Below are positions 63,171 to 64,000 of a DNA stretch of 64,000 nucleotides, one piece after another (position 1 is the first letter of the stretch; every line of letters starts with the position of its first letter). A program made the translations under genes and the position numbers. This DNA comes from Octopus sinensis (lineage: Eukaryota). Under the pieces are notes generated by a model, which saw nothing but the letters and a program-made list of their open reading frames with translations, was not told the DNA's origin and made no database searches. The stretch covers positions 47,802,001 through 47,866,000 of the forward strand of contig NC_043015.1 of NCBI RefSeq assembly GCF_006345805.1. The letters run 5' to 3'.

Positions 63171-64000
63171 CAGTATAGAAACACTTTCAAATATTTGTCT
63201 ATTAGAAAATATTTATACTTTGTTTATTCTGTTTAATTCTATTAAACAAAAATTTTGATTCGTATTGATTGATATATAAAAAAACAAAGATAAGCAAGGT
63301 ATTTAAAATTTAAATTGAAAATAATTAGCAAATACACATTAATTTTAAATTTAATTTAAACATATTTTGACAATAACTTTCACTTTATTGAGAATTTGTG
63401 ATGAAAGTTTTTCGTGTTAATATGTCATGTAGTTGTCTGGGCCAACATTTTATAGTTTTCTAAAGAAATTTCTCATAAACTCCTTATCCTCAACAGATTA
63501 ACTTTAATACTGTGTTTCTTTCTCAGAATAATTAATAAACAAGCTTCTTACTTAGAAATGAGGAGAAATGAGATTATTTTTAGATCCCTGCTACAGCTTG
63601 AAATAACTGCATTCTCCTGTAACAATGGTCGTGAGGTGTTAGCAGCTGTACCTAATTTCTTTATTTTCAACCAATGACACTTGTAAAGCTTTAAACCTCT
63701 TTCTTCCTAACACTCACCTGCTGGCCTTAGTATCATAGTAACAAGCACATATCAGGCATTCGCTATACAATAAGTCCCACAGCTGATGGTCTGCTAACCG
63801 TTGATTGACAGCACATTTTTATATGCAAAATATAACACAATGTTTACAATATCAAAAGTTGTTTAATAACAATGCTGCTAATAAGTAAATTGCTTACAAT
63901 CATTTTTTCATGTTCTCTAGAGAACTAGTTTTCCAGAAGGAAACCCAACTACAAACTTCAGCTAAAGTTTGTTTAAATGGAAAGAAAGTCCATGCATATA

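Noticed and set aside
62600-63258. Long Y/I/M/C/V-rich ORFs
   Set aside because: Microsatellite and minisatellite read-through with no protein signal.

Overview
AT-rich, microsatellite- and SINE-dense eukaryotic DNA, most likely from an octopus or related cephalopod (inferred from the SINE families and (AT)n/(GT)n load). The one gene I can fully reconstruct is GDP-L-fucose synthase (GFUS/TSTA3) on the minus strand: 9 coding exons from 23126 down to 372, 963 nt, 320 aa. All its introns are GT-AG and phase-consistent, and intron 7 (3103-4929) carries textbook U12-type (minor spliceosome) signals. A second, unidentified plus-strand gene may begin near 46.4-48.8 kb (weak evidence). The rest is mostly transposons: two abundant tRNA-headed SINE families, RTE-type LINE 3' tails and fragments, a decayed CR1-like LINE, a full-length dead mariner, several MITEs and three non-autonomous Helitrons. 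The most striking result is about 11 type I hammerhead-ribozyme-like motifs in several unrelated sequence contexts. Two have fully canonical cores (22395-22479 and 61395-61467); the latter lies inside a 429-bp unit with a 71-bp terminal direct repeat. A tandem pair (27423-27524, 27630-27735) has a perfect 36-38-bp stem I. One form is the tail of a tRNA-headed SINE that also occurs as a head-to-head dimer flanked by a 15-bp target-site duplication. This resembles Penelope-like/retrozyme-type elements. All folds were read by eye and no activity has been tested. Most repeat boundaries are approximate.
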